A stretch of DNA of 64,000 nt from Roseibacillus sp. (lineage in GTDB: Bacteria; Verrucomicrobiota; Verrucomicrobiia; Verrucomicrobiales; Akkermansiaceae). Where the stretch lies: contig JBPOGI010000002.1 of assembly GCA_051251855.1 (NCBI GenBank), positions 160,001 through 224,000 of the forward strand. Reading direction: 5' to 3'. The position numbers were made by a program, and so were the translations under genes. Below the pieces are notes generated by a model, which did no database searches, was not told where the DNA came from, and worked only from the letters and a program-made list of their open reading frames with translations. Of the stretch, positions 1-9,603 are shown in pieces (the first letter of the stretch is position 1; each line of letters starts with the position of its first letter).

Positions 1-398
1 TTCTCATTGTCGCTTAAGCAAAGAATCGAGCCATCGACTCCAATTTCCTTGAGCTCTTCGAGTAGGCGTTCTTCACGCGGGATCGAAGAGCGGCAGTTCT
101 GAATCAAGAGGTCGTAATTGTGTTCCTCGGCAACGCGAGAGAGCGTTTCGGTAAGGAAGGCGTAGAATGGATTGGTGAGATCTTGCACCAGAATCCCGAT
201 AGTCTGGTAAGAGCCGGAACGAAGAGCGCGAGCGGCTTTGTTCGGTCGGTAGTTGAGATCCTTGGCCGCTTGGAAGACTCGTTCTTCGGTTTCTTTGGAG
301 GCCCAGGAGTTTGGGCGACGGTTGAGGATGGTCGATGCAGTATTGACTGCGACGCCAGCTCTCTCTGCGACGTCCTTGAGACGAATCTTCTTTTTCAT
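1..398 (-). CDS. LacI-family transcriptional regulator (3' part outside window)
   Basis: Manual translation from ATG at 398: MKKKIRLKDVAERAGVAVNTASTILN...LNYRPNKAARALRSGSYQTIGILVQDLTNPFY, the classic LacI HTH, hinge and start of the sugar-binding domain. Absent from the ORF track because it has no stop in the window. Confidence 0.92.
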   Translation of the reverse strand, partial: MKKKIRLKDVAERAGVAVNTASTILNRRPNSWASKETEERVFQAAKDLNYRPNKAARALRSGSYQTIGILVQDLTNPFYAFLTETLSRVAEEHNYDLLIQNCRSSIPREERLLEELKEIGVDGSILCLSDNE

Positions 399-640
399 GA
401 ATTTCGGGCTACATAAGAAGAATGTAGGAAGTTTCTTATGAAATGAAGAAGTAATTCATAAGAGATGATTACTTTTGGCCGCTCAGCCGCTGTGGGATTT
501 GCAATGCGGCTCCAATCCAGATTCTGGTAACTGTCGGATAGAATCGGTGTCACCTCGATTTCTTCTGACCGCTGGCGTTGACCAATTCGGTAATGAGGAT
601 GGAGAGCCTTTCGATCTTCTCTGGATCTTGTGGGGAAAAG

Positions 641-717
641 TGGTCGGGATGACAGGATTCGAACCTGCGACCTCTTCACCCCCAGCGAAGCGCGCTACCA
701 AGCTGCGCCACATCCCG
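641..717 (-). tRNA. tRNA-Pro(GGG)
   Basis: Reverse complement CGGGATGTGGCGCAGCTTGGTAGCGCGCTTCGCTGGGGGTGAAGAGGTCGCAGGTTCGAATCCTGTCATCCCGACCA: full cloverleaf, GGG anticodon, encoded CCA. Confidence 0.97.
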
Positions 718-875
718 ACTTGCGGCGGCGGTCTTAACCTTTCAAGGGACCCTTTGGCAAGTGATGTTTTGAATTGTTTTTGTAGCGCGAGAAGAACGGA
801 AATTGGTGCAAACTCTCGACTGACAAACGGTCTGCTCTCTGCCAGCCTTCTTGTCCTTCACGCCCCCTCATCCCT

Positions 876-1913
876 ATGAAAACTATCAAAACTGCGGTTC
901 TCGGTGCTTCTGGTTATACAGGAATCGAGCTACTCCGATTGCTGCTGTCTCATCCAGCGGTGGAACTGACGGCGATTACTTCGCGAGCGAATGCGGGTCA
1001 GTCGCTGTCTTCGGTGTTGCCTCGTTTTGCTAGTCTGGAGAATGCTGAGATTTCTTTTATTGAGCCGGATATGGATGCGGTGGTGGCTTCGGGGGCAGAG
1101 ACCGCCTTTTTGGCGCTGCCTCATGGAATGGCGGCGGAGTATGCGATTCCGCTTTTAGAGAAAGGGTTGCGGGTGATCGATCTTTCGGCGGATTTTCGTC
1201 TGAACGATGCGTCGGTATACGAGGAGTTCTATGGGCAAGCGCATCCGGCTCCGGAGTGGTTGTCGAAGGCGGTGTATGGAATGCCGGAGTTGTATGCGAA
1301 GGAAATCGTGGAGTCGAAACTGATTGCTTCTCCGGGTTGTTATCCAACCTCGATTATTTTGCCGTTGGTGCCGTTGTTGAAAGCGGGCTTGGTGGATCCT
1401 GCGAGTGTGGTGGTTTCTTCCTTGAGTGGAGTTTCGGGGGCGGGGCGGACGGCGTCGCTGCCTATTATTTTTTCGGAGGTGAATGAGTCTTTGCGAGCTT
1501 ATGGTCTGCCGAAGCATCGTCATTTGTCGGAGATTGAGCAGGAGTTGTCGTTGGCGGCGGGGGAGAAGGTAACGATTACCTTTACGCCGCATTTGGTTCC
1601 GGTGACGCGGGGGATTCATTCGACGATTACGGCGACATTGCGTGGTTCCTTTGAGGAGGTGGGTCAGTCATTGGAGGCTGCTTATGGAGAAGAAACGTTC
1701 GTGCGTTTGTTAGGCGAGGGAGTGGCGGCTGATACGGCGCATGTGACGCGAACGAATTTTGTGGATGTGGGATGGCATCATGATGATCGAACGAACCGAT
1801 TGATACTGACCTCGGCAGAAGATAATCTGACTAAGGGCGCTTCTGGCCAAGCGGTTCAGGCATTCAATCTGCTGCACGACTTACCCGCTTCGACGGGACT
1901 GATGAATATTTAG
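876..1913 (+). CDS. argC: N-acetyl-gamma-glutamyl-phosphate reductase
   Basis: GASGYTG Rossmann motif, ASPGCYPT catalytic Cys, SGVSGAG, DNLTKGASGQAVQ. Confidence 0.97.
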   Translation: MKTIKTAVLGASGYTGIELLRLLLSHPAVELTAITSRANAGQSLSSVLPRFASLENAEISFIEPDMDAVVASGAETAFLALPHGMAAEYAIPLLEKGLRVIDLSADFRLNDASVYEEFYGQAHPAPEWLSKAVYGMPELYAKEIVESKLIASPGCYPTSIILPLVPLLKAGLVDPASVVVSSLSGVSGAGRTASLPIIFSEVNESLRAYGLPKHRHLSEIEQELSLAAGEKVTITFTPHLVPVTRGIHSTITATLRGSFEEVGQSLEAAYGEETFVRLLGEGVAADTAHVTRTNFVDVGWHHDDRTNRLILTSAEDNLTKGASGQAVQAFNLLHDLPASTGLMNI

Positions 1914-1936
1914 CGAATCTTTGCCGATAAAAACCG

Positions 1937-3187
1937 ATGCCTTATGAAACTGTGAAAGGAGGGGTTTGCGCCCCCAAGGGATTTCTTGCGAGTGCGCTCT
2001 CGGCTGGGATTAAGAATCCGGATGTCGAGCGGTTAGATTTGGCGTTGATCTACTCGGAGGAGCCCTGTGTCTCTTCGGGGACCTTTACCACCAATCGAGT
2101 AAAAGCAGCGCCGGTGAGGGTGTCGCAGTCGAATTTGCGAAATAATGAGATTCGGGCGATTGTGGTGAACTCTGGCAATGCGAATGCATGCACGGGGATT
2201 CGCGGTTTGGAGGATGCTCGGGCGATGGCAGATTGTGTGGCGAAGCCTCTTAAAATTCGTCGCCGTGAAGTGGGAGTGTGTTCGACAGGGGTGATTGGTC
2301 TTCCGATGCCGATGGAGCGCGTTACTCCTCACGGAGAAGCGTTGGTCAAGAAGCTAAAGCCAACGAGTGGCACGAAAGTGGCGAAGGCGATTATGACTTC
2401 GGACACTCGGCATAAGGAGTTGGCGATTACGACTGAGATTGATGGTCAGATGGTGACTATTGGTGCCTGTGTGAAAGGGGCGGGGATGATTTGCCCCTCG
2501 ATGGCGACGATGCTGTGTTTTGTGACCACGGATGCGAATATTTCGAGGGATTGTTTGGAGAAGGCTCTTTTAGAAGCTGTGGAGGCTTCCTTTAATCGCA
2601 TCACGATCGATGGTGATATGTCGACGAACGATACTGTTTTGGCTTTGGCGAATGGAGCAGCAGGTGGCTCTCGAATTAATCGGAATGCGAAGGGGTGTCA
2701 GAAGTTTCGCGATGCTTTGGAGTGGGTTCTTACCAATCTGGCCAAGGATATTGTGCGCGATGGCGAGCGCGTGACTAAATTTGTGACGGTCGATGTGCAG
2801 GGTGCGCGGACTTATTTGGACGCGAAGAAGGTGGCGGAGGCGGTGGCGAAGTCGCAATTGGTGAAGTCGTCGTGGAACGGAAATGACCCGAACTGGGGAC
2901 GGGTGATTCATGCGGTGGGGTATTCACGAGCGCCGATTCGAGAGGAGTTAATTGATATTTACTATGAGGGTTTACCGGCTTGTGTGGGAGGGTTGGTTGC
3001 GGACACGGCTCTCGAGAAGCTACGGGCTATTGCTAAGAGAAATCGTTTCACAATCACGATTGATCTGAATCTGGGGAAGTCGGAATATACGGTTTACACT
3101 TCGGATCTTTCTCCAGAGTACGTGGATTTTAATCGGTCGGAGTATGCCTATTGGAATCAGGCTCGCAAAGAGGGAATGGTTGAGTAG
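1937..3187 (+). CDS. argJ: Glutamate N-acetyltransferase / amino-acid acetyltransferase
   Basis: NSGNANACTG, KGAGMICPSMATML autocleavage site, DGDMSTND, DPNWGR; follows argC. Confidence 0.97.
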   Translation: MPYETVKGGVCAPKGFLASALSAGIKNPDVERLDLALIYSEEPCVSSGTFTTNRVKAAPVRVSQSNLRNNEIRAIVVNSGNANACTGIRGLEDARAMADCVAKPLKIRRREVGVCSTGVIGLPMPMERVTPHGEALVKKLKPTSGTKVAKAIMTSDTRHKELAITTEIDGQMVTIGACVKGAGMICPSMATMLCFVTTDANISRDCLEKALLEAVEASFNRITIDGDMSTNDTVLALANGAAGGSRINRNAKGCQKFRDALEWVLTNLAKDIVRDGERVTKFVTVDVQGARTYLDAKKVAEAVAKSQLVKSSWNGNDPNWGRVIHAVGYSRAPIREELIDIYYEGLPACVGGLVADTALEKLRAIAKRNRFTITIDLNLGKSEYTVYTSDLSPEYVDFNRSEYAYWNQARKEGMVE

Positions 3188-3229
3188 GAAAGGTCTAGGG
3201 CGTAGTTTCTAGGGCTTCGAAGAGGTGTT

Positions 3230-3553
3230 TTAAGAGCGACTTTTGGTCCTCACTCGAGCAAGAAGATTGGAGATGGTCCAAGCGAGTAGGGCGGTGAGTG
3301 CGAGAATAGATAGCAATATGCTAACCCAGCCTAAAGACCATACCGCAAGAGATGCTGTTTTCCCTCCAGACCAGTCTCCATATCCGAGTGAAAACATTGC
3401 TAAGAAAGAGGTGGTTAGTCTCTCTGCGATGTTCCCTGAGGTATTAAAAATTCCAGTGACACATCCCGCAATGAGGCACCCCGCGAGCACGCTGATAGTC
3501 TTTAGAAAGGCTCTTTGAAAGAGAGGTGTTGTCGTGGTTGCGCCCATTTTCAA
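3230..3553 (-). CDS. Small membrane protein, unknown function
   Basis: Two hydrophobic helices flanking a T..FLAMFSLGYGD segment that resembles a K+-channel pore loop (GYGD). Confidence 0.5.
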   Translation of the reverse strand: MKMGATTTTPLFQRAFLKTISVLAGCLIAGCVTGIFNTSGNIAERLTTSFLAMFSLGYGDWSGGKTASLAVWSLGWVSILLSILALTALLAWTISNLLARVRTKSRS

Positions 3554-3576
3554 ATAGTGGGAACGAGGGTGGAGTT

Positions 3577-4740
3577 TTAGCGAGGGACGAGGCTCTCGCT
3601 GACTTCGGGGTAGATGAATTTCTTACCTTCGTAGTTTCGCAGGACGACTTCTTTTTCGGTGCGGGAGACGACGTAGTTGGGATTGAGGGGGATTTTTCCA
3701 CCACCGCCAGGAGCATCGAGAACGTATTGCGGGAGGGCGTAGCCAGTGGTGTGTCCGCGGAGGCCTTCGATGAGGTCGAGCCCCGTTTGAACGGAGGTTC
3801 GAAGGTGTGAGGAGCCTTCGATGAGGTCGCACTGATAGAGGTAGTAGGGCTTGACGCGGCACATGAGGAGTTTGTGCAGGAGGGCGGCGTGTATCGGTAG
3901 GTTGTCATTAACTCCACGTAGGAGAACGGACTGGTTCCCGAGTTGAATGCCTGCCTTGGCGAGGCGGGTGAGGCCGTCGCGAACTTCGGTGGTGAGCTCG
4001 CGGGGGTGATTGGTGTGGATGGAGATGAAGAGGGGGTGATGCTTCTCTAGCATTTCGCAAAGCTCGGGGGTGATGCGCTGGGGGAGGAAGACCGGGATGC
4101 GGGAGCCGATGCGCACGAACTGAATGTGAGGGATTTTGCGCAAGCGAGTGAGAATTTTATCGAGTCGGTTGTCGGAGAGGAGGAGGGGGTCGCCACCGGA
4201 GAGGAGGACGTCACGGACGCTGGGAGTTTTCTCGAGGTATTCGAAAGCGGCTTCCCATTGGGTCTCGAGCTTTTGGTCGGAGACTCCAGAGACCACGCGG
4301 GAGCGGGTGCAGTAGCGACAGTAGGAAGCGCAGCGGTCGGTGACGAGAAAGAGGACGCGGTCAGGGTAGCGATGGACGAGTCCAGGCACGGGCATGTGGG
4401 AGTCTTCGCCGCAGGGGTCGGACATCTCGGTGGGGTCGGTGAGAGACTCTTCGATACGCGGGAGGACTTGACGACGAATGGGATCGTCGGGATCGGTGGC
4501 GTGAACGAGATTGAAGAAGTGGGGGGTGATGGCGGTGGCGAGCTTAGTGCCGGTGAGGAGAAGGCCCGCACGTTCTTCTTCGGAGAGGGTGAGGTGTTCT
4601 TCGAGTTGAGGAAGGGTTTTGAGAGAGTTTTTGAGCTGCCAAGTGTGCGAATTCCAGTCCGAGGGTGAAACCTCGGGGAAACGTCCAGGGTAGGAGCTAC
4701 GGAATTGGATTTCCCTTTGGTAGATGGGGTCGTGGGTCAT
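3577..4740 (-). CDS. KamA-family radical SAM protein (lysine 2,3-aminomutase-like)
   Basis: GLVHRYPDRVL, CASYCRYC, LLSGGDPL, NQSVLLRGVND, PYYLYQCD, DAPGGGGKIP (PLP Lys). Confidence 0.93.
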   Translation of the reverse strand: MTHDPIYQREIQFRSSYPGRFPEVSPSDWNSHTWQLKNSLKTLPQLEEHLTLSEEERAGLLLTGTKLATAITPHFFNLVHATDPDDPIRRQVLPRIEESLTDPTEMSDPCGEDSHMPVPGLVHRYPDRVLFLVTDRCASYCRYCTRSRVVSGVSDQKLETQWEAAFEYLEKTPSVRDVLLSGGDPLLLSDNRLDKILTRLRKIPHIQFVRIGSRIPVFLPQRITPELCEMLEKHHPLFISIHTNHPRELTTEVRDGLTRLAKAGIQLGNQSVLLRGVNDNLPIHAALLHKLLMCRVKPYYLYQCDLIEGSSHLRTSVQTGLDLIEGLRGHTTGYALPQYVLDAPGGGGKIPLNPNYVVSRTEKEVVLRNYEGKKFIYPEVSESLVPR

Positions 4741-4847
4741 GCTTTGAGTATGGGTAGTTTAGGGCTTAGCGCCATTATGTCAAAGAGCGGGATTTGGAAT
4801 GACCTTTTCGTGTTCTAGGTAACTAGTTGTCCACAAGGATGTTTAGA

Positions 4848-5504
4848 ATGTTTTCACAAGCTTTACGTGATATTGCGCGGCCTTCTCAGGCAGAAATTTT
4901 GGAGGCTCTTAAGAAGTCGGAAGGGATGCCGATTTCTGACTTAGCGCGAGCAATTGGAATGAGTTACATGGGGGTGAAGCAGCATTGCGTGACCTTGGAA
5001 AAGAAGGGTTACTTGGAATGCTGGCGAGTGCCTCGGTCGGAAGTGGGAGTGGGAAGGCCGGAGAAGCTCTACCGTTTGACGGAGAAGACGGATCCTCTTT
5101 TTCCGCAGGCGGGGGTGGAGTTGACCTTGGAGTTTATGGCTGCAGTGGCTGAGCAGTTTGGGGATACGGCACCCGAGAAGTTGCTATTTCGATTTTATCA
5201 GAAGCGGCGTGAGGAGTGGCAAAAGCGGGTGCTCGTGGGGCGCTCTTTGGTGGAGCGTTGCACGCGCTATGTCGATATTTGGGAAAAGCACGGTGCGTCG
5301 GCTCGGGTGCATCACGAGTCAGGTGAGGGGCTACGGTTGGAGGAGTTCCACAACCCGATGGGACCGATTTTCGAAGCTTATCCATCGGCACGTCGGTTTG
5401 AGGTTCACATGATGGAGCAGCTGCTGGCGACGAAGGTGACGATCGAGGAGCGCAAGGTTTCGAAGTCGGGAGAGAGACTGTTGTATTTGTTGGGGAGCTT
5501 GTAG
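4848..5504 (+). CDS. ArsR/SufR-like (COG2345-type) winged-helix transcriptional regulator
   Basis: N-terminal wHTH (ISDLARAIGMSYMGVKQH...GRPEKLYRLT...FPQ) typical of this family; start codon uncertain (4827/4839/4848). Confidence 0.8.
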   Translation: MFSQALRDIARPSQAEILEALKKSEGMPISDLARAIGMSYMGVKQHCVTLEKKGYLECWRVPRSEVGVGRPEKLYRLTEKTDPLFPQAGVELTLEFMAAVAEQFGDTAPEKLLFRFYQKRREEWQKRVLVGRSLVERCTRYVDIWEKHGASARVHHESGEGLRLEEFHNPMGPIFEAYPSARRFEVHMMEQLLATKVTIEERKVSKSGERLLYLLGSL

Positions 5505-5533
5505 CGGTTGAGCCGCCGACGCCCGGACGTTTT

Positions 5534-7306
5534 TTAACGAATAACAATAGGGCCGGTGAGGAGGGCGGTGGATTCTTTCCAACTGAGGGAAGGGAGGCTG
5601 TCGATGAAGGGGCCTTCGTTAGCGAGGGCGATGAAGTGACCGGGGCGGTCGGTGACGAGTCCGAGGCGCTTTTTGCTACCGGTGTTGAGTTCGGTGAAGC
5701 GCTTGTTGAGCCATTGGTCGAAGTCGGCTTCGGGGCACGGGCTGAGTTGAGTTTTGCGCCCGCTGGCAAGAGGGCCCGAGCTTTGCCAGATGCTGCCGCT
5801 ACTATCGAGGTAGTAGATTTTCTGGAGGGGGAAGTCAAAGGTGGAGGTGATGGTGGGTGGGCCGTTGGGGGAGAGGAGTTCGAGGCGACCGCGGGTGGCT
5901 TGAATAGAGGTGGCTAGGTGGCCGTATTCGGAGCGGGACTTATACCAGTCGCCAGAAAGCTCGTGGGTGTTCTTGTCGCCAAAGCCGATGCGGTAGCGCG
6001 ATTCTCCGCCGTTATTGCGGGGGGTGATTCGGGCCCAACGGGATTCGTCGAGGACGACGGGAGAGATGACTTCGTTGGCTTTGGTTTTGAAGGAAGTTTT
6101 GAGGAGGACGCCGGTGCGGGCGATTTGTTGCTGATGAATGTAGGCCGTGTTCTCTTCGGGTTGGATTTCGATAAGGGCGAGGCGGTGGCCTTTTCCTCCG
6201 AAGCCGTCTTGGAAGACGATGATGAGTAGGAGAAGGGCGGAGGCGGTGAGGGAGATGATGGGGGTGGTGATGAAGAGGCGGTGGCGTTGGCCGGATTTGG
6301 CAAAGACGAACAAGTTTACAGGACCTACGATGATGCCGAAGGCGATGAGGATGAGGATGAAGAATACGGGGTTGAAGGAGCGTTCGCCGAAGGTGTATTG
6401 GAGGGGCCAGCTAGAAACGAGTTCTTTGCCGAAGACGGATGCGCGGGAGGGGGTTTCCCCTTTTTGAACGAGAGTGACGGTGCTGGGGGCGTCGAGGAGT
6501 GAGGAGGCGGGGAGGGGGAGGAGTTCGACCGTTCCCCAGCTTCGAAGGAGGTAGTCGGGTGATTCGGGTTTGTCTTGGAAGCCAAGGGAGGGCAGGGAGA
6601 CGGAGGGATTGGCCCCATAGATGATGAGGCGACCGCCGAGACGATTCCATTTCAGGAGGGCGGTTTTGGTACCGGGAGTGAGCGTTTTCCAGTCGGCGCT
6701 GGTGAGCATGAGAATGTCGAAGCCGACGAAGGCGCGCCAGTCTTCACTGAGATTGGTGGGGAGGAAACTGCCGGCAAAGTCGATGTTACCATAGCGTGAG
6801 CCTCCGGTGGCAGCGGAGTCGAGGGTGCCGGAGTTGGGTGTGTCGAGCGCTTCGCTCATGAGGATGCACGGCCAGTCGTGGGAGTGGTCGTTTTGCATCT
6901 CGCCATTGCCTCGGAGGACGGGTGGGGTGCCGGAGATGCGAAGCTCAAGTACAAGAGGGCTGTCGGATTGGACGGCGGTGACAAGGGGGACGAGGAATTC
7001 GACATTCTTCTGCTTCTTCGCCGAACAAGTGAGAGTGAAAGAGGAAGTGAGGTTGTTGCTCTGGTCGTAGGAGTGGTCTTTGGAGGTGAAGTCGAATGTC
7101 CAAGTGACAGGGATTTTTTCGCCATTGATGGCGTTGACTTTGACCGCGATAAATCCCGAAGAAGGGAGGGTGCTGCTCATCGGGGTGACGGTAAGAGCGG
7201 TGCCTGTCTTGGGATTGTAGGTATTCCCGTAGAGCTTTTCTTGAGCAAGTAACGATTGCCCTAGTAGCCAGCTGAAGAGGAGGGTGAGGACCAGACGAAG
7301 GTTCAT
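5534..7306 (-). CDS. Exported/membrane protein partnering the MoxR ATPase
   Basis: Signal peptide MNLRLVLTLLFSWLLGQSLLA at ATG 7306, two internal TM helices, directly downstream of MoxR. The ORF-track extension to 7900 overlaps MoxR and is not real. Confidence 0.75.
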   Translation of the reverse strand: MNLRLVLTLLFSWLLGQSLLAQEKLYGNTYNPKTGTALTVTPMSSTLPSSGFIAVKVNAINGEKIPVTWTFDFTSKDHSYDQSNNLTSSFTLTCSAKKQKNVEFLVPLVTAVQSDSPLVLELRISGTPPVLRGNGEMQNDHSHDWPCILMSEALDTPNSGTLDSAATGGSRYGNIDFAGSFLPTNLSEDWRAFVGFDILMLTSADWKTLTPGTKTALLKWNRLGGRLIIYGANPSVSLPSLGFQDKPESPDYLLRSWGTVELLPLPASSLLDAPSTVTLVQKGETPSRASVFGKELVSSWPLQYTFGERSFNPVFFILILIAFGIIVGPVNLFVFAKSGQRHRLFITTPIISLTASALLLLIIVFQDGFGGKGHRLALIEIQPEENTAYIHQQQIARTGVLLKTSFKTKANEVISPVVLDESRWARITPRNNGGESRYRIGFGDKNTHELSGDWYKSRSEYGHLATSIQATRGRLELLSPNGPPTITSTFDFPLQKIYYLDSSGSIWQSSGPLASGRKTQLSPCPEADFDQWLNKRFTELNTGSKKRLGLVTDRPGHFIALANEGPFIDSLPSLSWKESTALLTGPIVIR

Positions 7307-7313
7307 GATGTCG

Positions 7314-8321
7314 TTAGTTGCTTTGGAGAGTCTTGGGCAAGGCGTCGGCTTGAGTGGGGACTTCGGCGAGAATACTTTGAACGAGGTCATTGTTGGTGAG
7401 GCCTTCAACGCGTGCGTTGTATTCGAGCTGAATACGGTGGCGAAGTACGGAGGGAGCGATGAAGCGGACGTCTTCGAATGAGGCGTGGGTGCGCTCGTTG
7501 AGCAGGGCGCGGGCGCGGGCTCCGGAGGCGAGGGAAAGGGCAGCACGGGGAGAGGCTCCGTATTTGATGTTAGTGGCTGCCTCGGACTGTCCGGGGTGGG
7601 TGGCGTCGACGAGGCGGGCGATATAGTTGGCGACGACGTCGGGGAGATAGATGCGACGGACGAGGGCGAGGGTTTCCTCGAGGGCGGCGGCGTCGAGAAT
7701 GGGGTGGACGTCGGGCTCTTGGCCGAGGTCGCGAGCGGTGATGATTCTCTGCAAGGTGTCGACGTCATTGCGGGTGACTTCGAGTTTGAAGAGGAAGCGG
7801 TCAAGCTGGGCTTCAGGGAGGGGGTAGGTGCCTTCCAGTTCGATGGGGTTCTGGGTGGCGAGGACGAAAAAGGGGGCGGGCAGGTCGTGTGTTTTTCCAA
7901 GGACAGTCACGCGGCGTTCCTGCATGGCCTCGAGGAGGGCGGATTGCGTCTTGGGGGAGGCGCGGTTGATTTCGTCGGCGAGACAGAGGTTGGTGAAGAT
8001 GGGGCCTTCTTGGAAAACGAACTCGCGACGGCCGTCGACTTCTTGCAGCACGGGATTGCCGGTGATGTCGCCGGGGAGAAGGTCGGGGGTGAACTGGACG
8101 CGCTTAGTATCGAGGGAGAGGAGCTTGGAAAGGGTTTTGACCAGTTCGGTTTTTCCCAGACCAGGAAGACCTTCCAGTAAGATGTGACCACGGGCGAGCA
8201 GGCCGGTGACCACGAGTTCGACGAGTTCTTCTTGGCCAAAGATGACGTTGTTGAGTCCCGTGGTGAGGGAGCGAACGTGCTTGCTGGCGCTGGCAATTTC
8301 GGATTCGGAAGCGTGATCCAT
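7314..8321 (-). CDS. MoxR-family AAA+ ATPase
   Basis: HILLEGLPGLGKT, RVQFTPDLLPGD, LADEINRASPKTQSALLEAMQE, ATQNPIELEGTYPLPEAQLDRF. Confidence 0.95.
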   Translation of the reverse strand: MDHASESEIASASKHVRSLTTGLNNVIFGQEELVELVVTGLLARGHILLEGLPGLGKTELVKTLSKLLSLDTKRVQFTPDLLPGDITGNPVLQEVDGRREFVFQEGPIFTNLCLADEINRASPKTQSALLEAMQERRVTVLGKTHDLPAPFFVLATQNPIELEGTYPLPEAQLDRFLFKLEVTRNDVDTLQRIITARDLGQEPDVHPILDAAALEETLALVRRIYLPDVVANYIARLVDATHPGQSEAATNIKYGASPRAALSLASGARARALLNERTHASFEDVRFIAPSVLRHRIQLEYNARVEGLTNNDLVQSILAEVPTQADALPKTLQSN

Positions 8322-8494
8322 TGCGAAGAGCATGCGAGTTCTGGTCTCGCAGGTCAATGTCGGCTTGGGAATCTTGGTGGGAAATCGAGAGGGCAGTATC
8401 AGGCTTTGCCGGTTACTTTGACATTGAGGCGGGAGCTTCGTGCTCCTTTGGCTTGGCCTCAGGGGGAAGATGTGCCATTGAGCGGGGAGTAAAT

Positions 8495-9175
8495 ATGACT
8501 TTCTACTGGGCAGCCTCTGTAATTGAAGCAACGAAGCAGGTGGCGGATTTTTTATTGAATGGTGGTCCCTTCATGGTGGCCATCGTTTTGTGCTCGGTGG
8601 TGGCGCTGGCGGTGACGGTGATGAAGTTGATGACTTTGCGAAAGGATCGCATCATTCCTGATAAGTTGACGGGAGACGTGGAGCGCTTTGATGAGTATTT
8701 GGAAAATGATAATCTCGGCGAGCTGGAGAAAGAGTTTCGGTCGGGAAATAGTGTTCTCTCGCGTCTTTGTACGGTGGCGATTCGCAATGCGGGGCGAAGT
8801 CAGATTGAGGTCCAAGAAGCGGTGCAATCGAGTGCGCGGGAAGAGATTGTGAAGCTGAATGGTGGACTGCCGGTGTTGGAAGTGGTGATTACGATTGCGC
8901 CTTTGCTGGGGCTCTTGGGAACGGCGAGTGGCTTGACGATTGTATTCCGAGATTTTGGTGCGGATGCGGATTATTCGCAGTTGTCCAAGGGGATTGCAAT
9001 GGCGCTAAGCACGACCATCGCTGGACTCGCGGTGGCGGTTCCTTCAGTCATTGCGCATAGTTATTTTGCGCGGCAAATCGAGACGATGGCGGCTCGCTTG
9101 GAGGTGGTGTTGAGCAAGGTGGTGTCGGCTTGCCATCAGCATGTCTTTTTCAAACGTTCGGGAGGGCAGGGGTAG
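8495..9175 (+). CDS. exbB: MotA/TolQ/ExbB proton channel protein
   Basis: GGPFM first TM, IAPLLGLLGTASG, GIAMALSTTIAGLAVAVP. Confidence 0.88.
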   Translation: MTFYWAASVIEATKQVADFLLNGGPFMVAIVLCSVVALAVTVMKLMTLRKDRIIPDKLTGDVERFDEYLENDNLGELEKEFRSGNSVLSRLCTVAIRNAGRSQIEVQEAVQSSAREEIVKLNGGLPVLEVVITIAPLLGLLGTASGLTIVFRDFGADADYSQLSKGIAMALSTTIAGLAVAVPSVIAHSYFARQIETMAARLEVVLSKVVSACHQHVFFKRSGGQG

Positions 9176-9601
9176 ATGGAGCTCTATCGTCCTAAGCGTA
9201 AGGCCTACAATGTGCCGATTGTCCCGCTGATCGATATTTTGGCGATTTTGCTAATTTTCGTGATTGTGACTTCGACGCGCAAAAAGACGCGACCGGTGGT
9301 TCCTATTGACTTACCGACGGTGAAGGAGGTTGCGACCACGGAGCTCAGTGTGGAGCGGTCGATTTTGGCCATCACGAAGGAGGGGGAGATTTTGTTAGAG
9401 GGCGTAGGAGTTCCCGATGGCGAGTTGGCAGATTATTTGAAGGCTTTCCAGACAGTGAATCCGGACCGGAAGTTGGAGTTGGAAGCCGATGAAGGCTCTT
9501 CCCTTGGACAGCTTTTCACGGTATGGGAAGCGCTGAGCGAGGTCGGGATTGAATTGAAGGAAGTGCCGGCTCGGATTCAAATGGCAACAGAAGGAAATTA
9601 A
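9176..9601 (+). CDS. exbD: Biopolymer transporter ExbD/TolR
   Basis: VPLIDILAILLIF TM with conserved Asp, IDLP, LEAD; abuts exbB. Confidence 0.88.
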   Translation: MELYRPKRKAYNVPIVPLIDILAILLIFVIVTSTRKKTRPVVPIDLPTVKEVATTELSVERSILAITKEGEILLEGVGVPDGELADYLKAFQTVNPDRKLELEADEGSSLGQLFTVWEALSEVGIELKEVPARIQMATEGN

Positions 9602-9603
9602 CG

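Noticed and set aside
641..717. tRNA-Pro as an integration site
   Set aside because: No integrase or duplicated 3' end is visible in the window.
7307..7900. N-terminal extension of the 788-aa ORF
   Set aside because: S/P/T-rich off-frame read of the MoxR gene; a clear signal peptide starts at 7306.
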